Source of the DNA: Patescibacteria group bacterium UBA2773
GTDB taxonomy: Bacteria; Patescibacteriota; Minisyncoccia; Moranbacterales; DUUL01
Assembly (NCBI GenBank): GCA_002352465.1
Contig: DEIN01000003.1
Location: 88,933-152,932 of the forward strand
DNA length: 64,000 nt
Reading direction: 5' to 3'
The notes beneath the pieces were generated by a model that saw only the letters and a list, made by a program, of their open reading frames with translations, ran no database searches and had not been told where the DNA came from. The translations under genes were made by a program, and so were the position numbers. Positions 17,995 through 27,135 of the stretch are shown one piece after another (within the stretch, counting starts at the first letter, position 1; every line of letters starts with the position of its first letter).

Positions 17995-19884
17995 TTATAT
18001 TACCTTAAAATCAATATCTTCCTGTTCGGCTTGAAGTAAAATATTGGCTTTCAGTTCGTCATTATTTTGAAAAGCTCTTTCTAGACAAATTATTTTTTCT
18101 GGTTTTAAATTTTGAAAAAATTCACCCATTTCTTTAGAAATTTTATCGCCCAAATAAATAATCAATTTGCCATCACCCAAATTATAATATTTTTCCTTGC
18201 CCGAAGTAGCTTCAGCGGAGACTGGTCCTTTAAAATCTTTTTCCTGAATCAGAATATCCAAATCTAAACCACTTTTTAAAATAAGTTCATACAAAATATT
18301 TTTCTGAGTGCTTCCTGTTTCAAGATTATCAATAAAATCATCCAACGCTGAAAATAAATTCTTTCCGTCTTTGAATTTTCCTTGCCAAATCTTGAAATTA
18401 GATTTATCTAATTTAAAAGTTTTGAATCCTAAATCGACTTTATTTTCAGTCTCTTCTTTTATTTTTTTGCTTGCTCTTCTAATTCGTTCCTTGGCAATTT
18501 CAGCAATATTTTTATAGCCCGCCTTAAATGCTTCACTTTTTTCATTACATTTTTCTGGCAATTGAACACAAATCCATTTCCTATTTCCATTATCTTCAGC
18601 ATTTTGTTCCATTACTGCTTGAGCAGTCGGTCCTGAGCCAGCAAAAAAATCTAAAATTATATCTTCTTTGTTAGTAGAAAGAAATATTATCTTTTTTATC
18701 AATCTAACAGGTTTTGGGGTATCAAATGTTGCCACATCTTCAAAAAGTTTCTTCAATTCTTGTTTTGCTTCTTGATTATGTCCGACCTCTTTGTGCTTCC
18801 AAATAGTAGTACTAACTATTCCATCACTATTTTCAGATAAGAAAGTCTTAATTCTTGGCATATTACCACCGCTTTTTCCAAACCAAATTCTATTGTCTCT
18901 AACTAAATCATTAAATTTATTTAAAGACATAGACCAACTTCTTCCTTTGGGAGGAAGAGCCTCTCTGCCATTTGGCGTTTTTATTGGATAAATATCTTTT
19001 GGTGTAACTCTTTTTACTGTTAAGTCGCTAGATGCCCAAGAACCTCTTGAATCATTATCTGGATTAGAATATCTTTTATTGTTCTCATCAGTTCTTGGCA
19101 ATAAGTTTGGTTTCCAATTTTCCTTGTTTTTACAATAAAGTAAAACATAATCGTGATTATCAGATAAATACTTAGCATCATTTTGAGGAGAAAATTTCTT
19201 CTCCCAAATTATTTGTGCTACAAAATTCTCCTCACCAAAAATTTCGTTCATAATCATTCTTAAATTATGAACTTCGTTATCATCAATCGAAACAAAAATC
19301 ACTCCATCTTGCTTCAATAAATTTCTAGCCAAAAATAACCTTGGATACATCATATTAAGCCAATCGCTATGAAAATGTCCGTTACTGTCTTTTCTGTTAG
19401 CTGAAAGTCCGTCTGCTCTTGTCAAATCACCATTTTCATCCAATTCTCCGCTATCTTCCAATTCTTCTTTTCTGGTTTTTCTAAAATTATCATTATAAAT
19501 AAAATCATTTCCCGTGTTATAAGGCGGGTCAATATAAATACATTTGATTTTTCCATAATAAGAACGCTGTAAAACTTTTAGAACTTCCAAATTATCACCT
19601 TCGATAAAAGCATTGCCAGTTTTATCAAAATCAACGGATTCTTCCTCATTGGATTTTAATGTTGCTGTTGTTCCTTTTTGAATTTCTTCAAAACAACTAC
19701 TTTTTCCAGCCCAAGAAAGCCCGTAATGTTCATTGGCTAATTGATAATCTTCTCCCAAGGCTAATTTTAATTTTTCTGGGTCAATCTTTCCATCCGAAAA
19801 AACACTGGGAAAATTAACCTTCAATGCCTCGGCTAATTCTTTTTGAGAGATATAAGACCCTCCTTTTATTTTATGATTTTTCAT
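17995..19884 (-). CDS. mod: Type III DNA methyltransferase Mod
   Basis: IEGDNLEVLK, IYIDPPYNTG, HSDWLNMMYPRL, FDTPKPVRL, LDFFAGSG. Confidence 0.94.
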   Translation of the reverse strand: MKNHKIKGGSYISQKELAEALKVNFPSVFSDGKIDPEKLKLALGEDYQLANEHYGLSWAGKSSCFEEIQKGTTATLKSNEEESVDFDKTGNAFIEGDNLEVLKVLQRSYYGKIKCIYIDPPYNTGNDFIYNDNFRKTRKEELEDSGELDENGDLTRADGLSANRKDSNGHFHSDWLNMMYPRLFLARNLLKQDGVIFVSIDDNEVHNLRMIMNEIFGEENFVAQIIWEKKFSPQNDAKYLSDNHDYVLLYCKNKENWKPNLLPRTDENNKRYSNPDNDSRGSWASSDLTVKRVTPKDIYPIKTPNGREALPPKGRSWSMSLNKFNDLVRDNRIWFGKSGGNMPRIKTFLSENSDGIVSTTIWKHKEVGHNQEAKQELKKLFEDVATFDTPKPVRLIKKIIFLSTNKEDIILDFFAGSGPTAQAVMEQNAEDNGNRKWICVQLPEKCNEKSEAFKAGYKNIAEIAKERIRRASKKIKEETENKVDLGFKTFKLDKSNFKIWQGKFKDGKNLFSALDDFIDNLETGSTQKNILYELILKSGLDLDILIQEKDFKGPVSAEATSGKEKYYNLGDGKLIIYLGDKISKEMGEFFQNLKPEKIICLERAFQNNDELKANILLQAEQEDIDFKVI

Positions 19885-19980
19885 TAGGTTTTTATTTAAA
19901 TTTTATAAAACACTATTGATAACAATTGGGTAATATACATATTTAAATATAGCCCTAGGTATCAAATAAGTAAAGAAATA

Positions 19981-21588
19981 TTATATTTTATCATTTACAA
20001 TTTTAATTGCTGTTGGTGGCTTTAAATAAAATGGCTCGCCAGCAATCTTTACAATCCCAATTTTTTCTTTTATTTCGCCAAGAACCAAACAAGGAATGTT
20101 AGTGCAACCCGCTTCTTTGTAGAAATAATAAGTATAATAGTCATCACTCATAATAAATTTTTTTCCTTTTTGATATACAGTTAATTCTGAATAATTTTTA
20201 TTTTTAAAATTTTCGGTAAAATATTTTTTTAAACTTTCATCGACAACTGGCTTATAATCGGTAAAAGGCTTTATAAATTCGCTCTTTATTAAGGCTCTCC
20301 TGCAAGTCAGCTCTTTCTTGTAGCAAGCACTCAAAAGCCTAATCAATTCTTCATCTTTTCTCTCATTGCTTTCTCCAAAATCACTTTTTATCTTAGAAAT
20401 ATCAATTTTACTAGGAATTTTATTTTTGTTATTCAGTAATTTCTTTGCTTCATTGATAATTTCATTAGGTGTAAAATGACAGCTAACCCAATAATCATCT
20501 GCTCCTAATTTAAGAGCTTTTTCAATACAATCCTTCTCTCCCATATTGCTATAAACAGCTATCCGAATATTGTTAAAATTCTTATTTTGACGAACTTTCT
20601 CAATGAACTCAATGCCGTCCATTTCTGGCATTACTATTTCAGTTATTATTAAATCAGGATTATAACTTTTGATTTCTTCAATCACATTTTTACCTGGATG
20701 AGAAAACTGCTTAATTTGAAAACTATTTTCTAAAAATTTTTTCTTAAATATCTCTCTAAGCATTGGGTCATTTTCAAACTGCATTATTTTAAAATTGTTT
20801 TTCCCTGTTTTTCTAAATTTTTCTATTTGAAAATTATCCAATTTATTTGTTAATTCAGCTCTTTTTCCTGCTTTTATAGCTTTCTCGGGAGTGTCAAAAA
20901 AAACATTACTCTTTCTTGAATCAAATAAATCAGCTTTACTAATATCTAAAAAATCTTTTCTTAATTTACTTGGCATTTTTTCTAAAACTTTGTATTCTTT
21001 TGAGATTTTTTCAGAAAATTCTTTATTTTTAGCCGTTGGCAAGACTGCCCCGTTTTTATCCCTATCAATTTTTTTCTCTAGACTTGAGACAAGATTTTCT
21101 CCTTTTGACTCTATTTCTTTTTTAGTTGAGTTTTTTTTATTATTTTTTTTGTATTTATTTATCAAAAGAAGAATCCCCACAGTTAGCAAAACATAAGTCA
21201 TTGATTTTAAATGAGCTTGAATTATTAAATCTCTTTCTTTAACGCACCATCCCAAGCCACCTCTTTTAACAATTCCAATACGAACCAAGTCTTGCACACT
21301 ATTTATTGAATAATAACAATAAGTTTTTCCACTAAAGCTATAATAATTAGAAGGAATCTTGATATTAAAAAAAATCAAATAAACGGCAAGTATCAAAATC
21401 AATTCTTGCCAATGGTTCTTGATAAAATTTTTAAACCAAATTTGTTGATTAAAAAATTTTACTAAATTTTCAAAAAAACTTTTTGTTTTATTCATAGCGA
21501 TATCAAACCGCTTAACGCAATAATCAAAAACAAGTAAAGTCAAAATTAAACCACTAATTACAGTAATCGCCAATAATATTTTGCTCAT
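19981..21588 (-). CDS. Membrane protein with pseudo-receiver domain and possible ParB/Srx-like C-terminus
   Basis: Three N-terminal TM segments; PDLIITEIVMPEMDG receiver-like region; C-terminal KFIMSDDYY...AGCTNIPCLV. Confidence 0.65.
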   Translation of the reverse strand: MSKILLAITVISGLILTLLVFDYCVKRFDIAMNKTKSFFENLVKFFNQQIWFKNFIKNHWQELILILAVYLIFFNIKIPSNYYSFSGKTYCYYSINSVQDLVRIGIVKRGGLGWCVKERDLIIQAHLKSMTYVLLTVGILLLINKYKKNNKKNSTKKEIESKGENLVSSLEKKIDRDKNGAVLPTAKNKEFSEKISKEYKVLEKMPSKLRKDFLDISKADLFDSRKSNVFFDTPEKAIKAGKRAELTNKLDNFQIEKFRKTGKNNFKIMQFENDPMLREIFKKKFLENSFQIKQFSHPGKNVIEEIKSYNPDLIITEIVMPEMDGIEFIEKVRQNKNFNNIRIAVYSNMGEKDCIEKALKLGADDYWVSCHFTPNEIINEAKKLLNNKNKIPSKIDISKIKSDFGESNERKDEELIRLLSACYKKELTCRRALIKSEFIKPFTDYKPVVDESLKKYFTENFKNKNYSELTVYQKGKKFIMSDDYYTYYFYKEAGCTNIPCLVLGEIKEKIGIVKIAGEPFYLKPPTAIKIVNDKI

Positions 21589-21778
21589 TTTATTTTTTTA
21601 ATTTTAATTTTTACCCTTTTTTTATTTTTAAAATTTTTAGCGAGAGGTCAAGAAACTTTAATTGAATCAAGGGGGGGTGGGGGTGGTTCGGTTTTTTCTG
21701 GTTGTTTTTTTAAATTCTTAACCTCTTTTTTATTTTTCTTTCTCTACTTCCTGTAATTACAATTATCGGAAGTTAAAC

Positions 21779-22012
21779 TTACCTTTCAATGAATTTTTCA
21801 TACAACCAGCTAATCAAAAGAAAGGGCATAAAACCGATTATTACTAGAAACGGAATACCCAACATCATTCTTAAAAGCTCCCAACCGTTTTCCCAACCCC
21901 AACTATGAAATATGTCTTGCATACTAATGTCTCCAATAGTGACAAACATAAAGGAATAAACCATTCCAACTAAAATTCCAAAGAAAAAGACTATTGGTTT
22001 CTTGAGCTTCAT
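21779..22012 (-). CDS. Small two-TM membrane protein
   Basis: 77 aa, two hydrophobic helices; start overlaps the recombinase stop (ATGA). Confidence 0.6.
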   Translation of the reverse strand: MKLKKPIVFFFGILVGMVYSFMFVTIGDISMQDIFHSWGWENGWELLRMMLGIPFLVIIGFMPFLLISWLYEKFIER

Positions 22013-22926
22013 ATTTGTTTGTTAGTTATTTTTATATCTTCAAAGGTCTTATAAAATCTCGGTAAGTCCTCTTTAAGTTTAAGATTATCGTCATACACGA
22101 TTAACATCTCAAGACTTTTATGTCTTGAATATTTCTTAACATTTAACAAATCACCTTTATAGCTTCTGATTAGCTGACTAACAAAAAAATGTCTCGTGCC
22201 GTGAGTTGATTTATCAATACCTAATTCCCTGAAAAAGTCTTTGACTATTTTTCTTATTCCTCGCGTTGTAAGCCGTCCTGAGCGATGATTATTGCTTTGA
22301 CTAGTAAACAATGCTCCATCGGCGATTTTACTTGCTTTAAGATAAGTTTTGAGAGCCTGAGTAGTTTTAGGATGAAGATTGATTGCCTCTTTGTCGTCTG
22401 CTCCTTTTCCTTGAATAAAAGCTAGACTATTAACTAAATCCACATCTTTAATATCCAACCTAACTACCTCACATTGTCTCAAGCCCTGAAATAACAAAAA
22501 ACTCAAGATTACTTTCAATCTTAAGTTTTTTGGATTATCTTCTAATTGTTGTAGTTCTTTTGATAGTTTAGCCACTTCTTCCACATTCAAACCGCTTTTC
22601 TTATGTTTTCGACTCTGAGAGAAGACTTTGACATTTTGAGTGATATTAACTGGAATAAGCCCTCGTCGATTCAATTCATTTAAAAAAATCTTTGCAGTGA
22701 TTAAATACTTGTTCTTAGAGGAAACAGCTAGGTTATTTCTTCCTTTTAGGTATCTTTTGAATTTTAAAAAAGTATTATGATTAAGTCCTTGGCTTTTGGT
22801 AAATTCTAGAAACAATCTAATTCTTGATTGATAATCTTTCTTTGTGGCATCAGAAATATCTAATAAATCAAAGACTTGTTTCGCCTTCCCTTTCTCTTTT
22901 AATAATATTACCAGTTCTCCGCTCAT
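22009..22926 (-). CDS. Tyrosine recombinase/integrase
   Basis: GLRQCE (R), QGKG (K), HGTRH (HxxR), SRHKS (H), VY (Y). Probable start ATG 22926; the track start at 22989 lies inside a structured leader. Confidence 0.9.
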   Translation of the reverse strand: MSGELVILLKEKGKAKQVFDLLDISDATKKDYQSRIRLFLEFTKSQGLNHNTFLKFKRYLKGRNNLAVSSKNKYLITAKIFLNELNRRGLIPVNITQNVKVFSQSRKHKKSGLNVEEVAKLSKELQQLEDNPKNLRLKVILSFLLFQGLRQCEVVRLDIKDVDLVNSLAFIQGKGADDKEAINLHPKTTQALKTYLKASKIADGALFTSQSNNHRSGRLTTRGIRKIVKDFFRELGIDKSTHGTRHFFVSQLIRSYKGDLLNVKKYSRHKSLEMLIVYDDNLKLKEDLPRFYKTFEDIKITNKQI

Positions 22927-22944
22927 AAAATTTATTAGTTTTAT

Positions 22945-23088
22945 TGCGGGAACACAAAACCCCGCATCAGCTAGGTCTTGCGACCCCATATCCCTTTCGA
23001 GATATAGCTCAACGAAGAGTTGCTAAACACGGGGTTTAGTATCTTCGTTGAGTCTTTTTTGCCATACCTTTGAATAAAAATTCAAAGG
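22945..23088 (-). ncRNA. Candidate structured cis-regulatory RNA upstream of the tyrosine recombinase
   Basis: Minus strand has an 11-bp stem CTCAACGAAGA/TCTTCGTTGAG, GAAA- and GCAA-capped hairpins, and AAACCCCG complementary to a downstream CGGGGTTT. Confidence 0.65.
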
Positions 23089-23130
23089 GTTAGGCGATTA
23101 AATAAATTGTATACAAACTATGCCATATGT

Positions 23131-23667
23131 TTAAAGTAAACCCAAATAATCCAATCCAACATATCCTACTTCTACATCTGTATTTTTTCCACCTTTTAAT
23201 AACTCCCTAAATTCTGAAAGAGGCATCAAAACTACTTCGGCAAATTCAGTTTTATCTAAGTTTTGTTCCGCAACTTTTTCACAATCAGTTATTACGACAC
23301 AGTGCCGATTCATTGTAGAGTAAGCGCAATCATAGGCAGTGGTTATAAATTTTGCTTTTCCTTTATAACCAGTTTCTTCTAAAAGTTCTCTTTCAGCTGC
23401 TTGTTCGGGAGTTTCATCTTTATCAACATAGCCGCCAGGAAGTTCATCTAAAATTTCCTTAGGTCCAGGACGAAACTGTTTGACTAATATTACTTGCTGG
23501 TCTTTGGTGAGAGCAAGAATTCCAACAGCAGGGCCTTCCTTTTTGATATAAAAATCACTAACTTTTCCATCAGGCAATTTAAAGTCAACCTTCTCCATCT
23601 TCTTTCCATATTTACTGAAAACTTCTTCTCTTGAAATTTCCTCCCATTTTTGTATTTTATTTGACAT
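23131..23667 (-). CDS. NUDIX hydrolase (ADP-ribose/NDP-sugar pyrophosphatase-like)
   Basis: VKQFRPG...ELPGGYVD...AAERELLEETGY. Confidence 0.9.
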   Translation of the reverse strand: MSNKIQKWEEISREEVFSKYGKKMEKVDFKLPDGKVSDFYIKKEGPAVGILALTKDQQVILVKQFRPGPKEILDELPGGYVDKDETPEQAAERELLEETGYKGKAKFITTAYDCAYSTMNRHCVVITDCEKVAEQNLDKTEFAEVVLMPLSEFRELLKGGKNTDVEVGYVGLDYLGLL

Positions 23668-23729
23668 ACTATATTATCTTTAAAAATTATTTAATTTTAT
23701 TATATAATATCTTTAAATCCAGAAAAAGT

Positions 23730-23764
23730 AAATGCCCTAGATTCAGTTAAATCTAGGGCATTTT
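23730..23764 (-). terminator. Terminator of the sugar-phosphate operon
   Basis: AAATGCCCTAGATT ... AATCTAGGGCATTT 14-bp hairpin. Confidence 0.75.
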
Positions 23765-23787
23765 ATGTTCCACCTCCTTTTTTAATT

Positions 23788-24600
23788 TCATTGAAGTTTC
23801 CTTAAAAGTTCATCATGACTACAAAAGCCATTAGTCGCAAGCCAACCATCCTTATGGATAATCTTCCGCTTACTAAATGGCATTGGTGAGCCATCCAACG
23901 AAGTCATTTTACCTCCAAACTCCTCAAGAAGTAAAATGGCCGCGGCATAGTCCCATATATTTGCAGACTTACCATCTTGGGGAAAATACATCCCAGCTTC
24001 AACTCTTTCCAAGAGAATAGAGACGATTTTGATAGTCAATGTAGAAACAGGAATGGGTTTTAATCCACTTTTTTTAATCCGAGTCTTAAATTCAGAAATT
24101 TGAATCTGCCTCGGACTAACCGCGATTTTATTTTTATTCCCAATCGGTTCCTTTGCAACCAACTCTTTCCCATTGCAAATCACGCCTGTTCCTCTGCAAG
24201 CCGAAAATCTCAAATTGTCCTGTGGCATAAGAAGCATACCGACTTGAGAACTAAGATTGTTAACAGCAGAAAGAGAAATTGACCATTCATGACTTCCTCT
24301 GGAAAATTCTGATGTTCCGTCAATTGGGTCAATAATAAACACCCAGCCCTCATGAGGAATAATATCTCCTTTATTGTAATGCTCTTCAGCAAGAACAGGA
24401 ATTTTTGGAAAGAACGAGGAGAGAAATCTGATGCAAATTTCCTCTACTTCCCTGTCAACTTCAGTGACTATTTCCTTGCTTCCATTGGCACCTGTCTTGA
24501 AAAACGCAGTCGCCATTATTTGACGTTCAAAGCTGAAATATGTCTCTAAAACATTAGCCAAAGCATGAAATGCTTCCAAAATTCTTTTTTCCATTTCCAT
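23788..24600 (-). CDS. Inositol monophosphatase (FIG) family phosphatase
   Basis: VTEVD, LAEE, IIDPIDGTSEF, IWDYAAA. ATG at 24600 follows GGAGGTGAT (track start 24612). Confidence 0.9.
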   Translation of the reverse strand: MEMEKRILEAFHALANVLETYFSFERQIMATAFFKTGANGSKEIVTEVDREVEEICIRFLSSFFPKIPVLAEEHYNKGDIIPHEGWVFIIDPIDGTSEFSRGSHEWSISLSAVNNLSSQVGMLLMPQDNLRFSACRGTGVICNGKELVAKEPIGNKNKIAVSPRQIQISEFKTRIKKSGLKPIPVSTLTIKIVSILLERVEAGMYFPQDGKSANIWDYAAAILLLEEFGGKMTSLDGSPMPFSKRKIIHKDGWLATNGFCSHDELLRKLQ

Positions 24601-24601
24601 A

Positions 24602-25729
24602 TCACCTCCCAAAAATGAACAGTGATTCGTTTATAATTTTGCAGGTTTCCAACAATCCAAGTTCTCTTGGATTTGAAGGAATATTACTACTCTGCAATGC
24701 TTCCAAGGCAATTCTTTTCACAGACAGATTACCAAACAAAGAAAGATTGTTGGAAATTTCCTCCGCCATCCCTGACTCCTCAATGATTGAACGAATCCAT
24801 GAAAGCAATCCATCACCAGAAGGAAGGCCCATAACTTTTTCCGCCTCATAAAATGAAGCTTCGCAATCTGCCAAATTGAATTTCATTGAGGCCTCAAGAA
24901 ATGTTACTACCGCCAATCCGTGATGCATCCCTGTAAACGCTCCAAGTGGATGAGACAAAGCATGAGCAATACTCAAACCAGTTCTTGGATAAAGCAACCG
25001 TGCCGTAAAAGCAATAGATTGCAATTTTTCTAATGCAGAGATGTCTTTTTTCACCAAAGCATCTTCCAGTGGTTCACGAACAGAACAGAGAAGCCCTTTA
25101 CTCACAATCCTAGTCAAAGCTGTTGCCTTTCTAGATATGTGAGATTCTAAAATATGGGTGAATGCATCCATTCCAGTTGCGGCAATCATAACTTTATCAA
25201 GAGAAATCAATGACTGAGGGTCAAGAATAACAGCAGTAGGCATAAAGAAAATACTTTCTATGCCTCTTTTTTTAGGAATATTAGGGTCCATAATAACAGC
25301 AAACGGACTGCTTTCTGCTCCTGTTCCACATGTCGTCGGAATAGCCACAAGAGGCACCGATTGAATTTTTGCTTTTTTATCACGAAAATAATCTTCGGCC
25401 ACCCCACCATTGATAGCTGTTAAACCGATAATCTTTGCCAAATCAATAGCACTTCCTCCGCCAACAGCGATAATGGAGTCATATTTTTCTTTACGAAGAA
25501 GACAGGCTCCATTATTAACCTGCAAAAAAGTTGGATTTGTTCCAAAATCATCAAACGATTCTCCAAAAAAATCCTCAAAAATTCTTCCAAAGTTTGATTG
25601 TCTGACCTTTGGGTCTATAACCAAAAAAGGTCGCTTGAGATTCATCTCTGTCAAAAGTTCAGACAAACAGCTAACACTGCCATTGCCCGAAATCAATTTT
25701 TTCGGAGTTGCCATATTCCAGTTTATCAT
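24602..25729 (-). CDS. Iron-containing (family III) alcohol dehydrogenase
   Basis: AVGGGSAIDLAK, IPTTCGTGAE, metal ligands in DAFTH, HALSH, HG. Confidence 0.9.
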   Translation of the reverse strand: MINWNMATPKKLISGNGSVSCLSELLTEMNLKRPFLVIDPKVRQSNFGRIFEDFFGESFDDFGTNPTFLQVNNGACLLRKEKYDSIIAVGGGSAIDLAKIIGLTAINGGVAEDYFRDKKAKIQSVPLVAIPTTCGTGAESSPFAVIMDPNIPKKRGIESIFFMPTAVILDPQSLISLDKVMIAATGMDAFTHILESHISRKATALTRIVSKGLLCSVREPLEDALVKKDISALEKLQSIAFTARLLYPRTGLSIAHALSHPLGAFTGMHHGLAVVTFLEASMKFNLADCEASFYEAEKVMGLPSGDGLLSWIRSIIEESGMAEEISNNLSLFGNLSVKRIALEALQSSNIPSNPRELGLLETCKIINESLFIFGR

Positions 25730-27135
25730 CTTTCACCTCCATCAATTTTCTTAATGATTTCTTTCGTTGCTTCGGCAATTGCCAGGGCTTTTTCCTTGTT
25801 ACTGGACTCTGCATATATACGCAGAAGTTCTTCTGTTCCAGCAGCACGAATATTAACCCAATCTCCCGACTCAAAAAAAAGTTTCAATCCATCAACCTCT
25901 CTTATTTTTGAGACCACTTGACCAGCAAGTTTTTCTGGAACTTCTCTCTTGAGTTTTTTCATAACAACTGCTGGAGAAATGAGAGACTTTAAATTAAGTC
26001 TTGAAAATCCAGATTTTCCCGCTATTTTCTCTACCTCTTTGAGAATTCCACTGATTCCCCCTTTATAAATTATTTCAGCCTCAGAAAGCAAAATAGCCGC
26101 AAGAGTAGCATCTCTTTCTGGCAGATAAAAACCAAATCCTATTCCGCCATTCTCCTCGCCAGCAATGAGAACTTTCTCGTTTCTCATTATTTCACATGCA
26201 TTCCTAAAACCAATTGGGGTTTCTCTGTAAACAAATCCCAAATAATTTGCCAGATAAGACAAACGCTTGCTCATCGTTACACTTCCGATAACAATTCCAG
26301 TTTGTTTTCGCATTTTTGCCAAATACCACAACAAAACCACTGTCACATCATTCGGAGACAAATATCCTATCTCTGGAATAACCGCCATAATTCTGTCACC
26401 ATCTCCATCATGCGCGATTCCCAAATCACACTTTCCGCCTGATATGACCCCTTGGAGTTTTTGAGTGTTGCTTTCCATTGGTTCCGGAGCAATTCCGCCA
26501 AAGTATGGGTCAAAGTCAGTATGTATTTCTAACACCTCAGCCTTACTCCCCCGAAGCACTCCTTTAAGAATGCCTTTTGTTGTTCCATGCATGGTATCAA
26601 CAGCGATTTTCAAAGGACGACCATTAAATACTTCCCAATCAATTATTGTCCTTAATTTTTGACAATAACCATTAAAGGGGTCGTCTTTTTTCAAGTCACT
26701 GTTTTCACAAATAACTCTATTTGTTCGAGAATTCATCAGATTTTGAATATCCAGAGTGAATTCTTCGCTTGGCGCACCACCATAACCCATACGAACCTTT
26801 ATGCCATTATAATCATAAGGATTATGAGACGCGGTTATGGTAATACCACAAATCATTGCTTTCTGGTTTGTTCTAAATGAAACCATCGGCGTAGGAATAG
26901 GCTTTGAGCTGATAAAAACATTGAGTCCAAATTGACTCAATACCTGACCAGCTTGCTTAGCAAATTCAAAACTAAGAAAACGAGTGTCATAACCGACAAA
27001 TGTTTCCGTTCCGCCATGTCTTAAAATATAACTGGAAATAGCCGTAGCAACTCTTCCAACAAAATCAAATGTGAAAGAATCTGCTATTTTCCCTCTCCAA
27101 CCATCAGACGTAGAACGAAGACTAATCTTGTCCAT
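25726..27135 (-). CDS. Phosphoglucomutase/phosphomannomutase family protein
   Basis: SDGWRG, ITASHNP phosphoserine loop, HDGDGDR, GEENGG, RAAGTE..LRIYAES. Confidence 0.93.
   Translation of the reverse strand: MDKISLRSTSDGWRGKIADSFTFDFVGRVATAISSYILRHGGTETFVGYDTRFLSFEFAKQAGQVLSQFGLNVFISSKPIPTPMVSFRTNQKAMICGITITASHNPYDYNGIKVRMGYGGAPSEEFTLDIQNLMNSRTNRVICENSDLKKDDPFNGYCQKLRTIIDWEVFNGRPLKIAVDTMHGTTKGILKGVLRGSKAEVLEIHTDFDPYFGGIAPEPMESNTQKLQGVISGGKCDLGIAHDGDGDRIMAVIPEIGYLSPNDVTVVLLWYLAKMRKQTGIVIGSVTMSKRLSYLANYLGFVYRETPIGFRNACEIMRNEKVLIAGEENGGIGFGFYLPERDATLAAILLSEAEIIYKGGISGILKEVEKIAGKSGFSRLNLKSLISPAVVMKKLKREVPEKLAGQVVSKIREVDGLKLFFESGDWVNIRAAGTEELLRIYAESSNKEKALAIAEATKEIIKKIDGGER

Noticed and set aside
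17995-19884. Phase-variable simple sequence repeat in mod
   Set aside because: No tandem SSR tract seen in the ORF.
21670-21691. G-rich tract GGGGGGGTGGGGGTGGTTCGG as a G-quadruplex or origin
   Set aside because: Only two long G runs and no supporting context; function cannot be supported.
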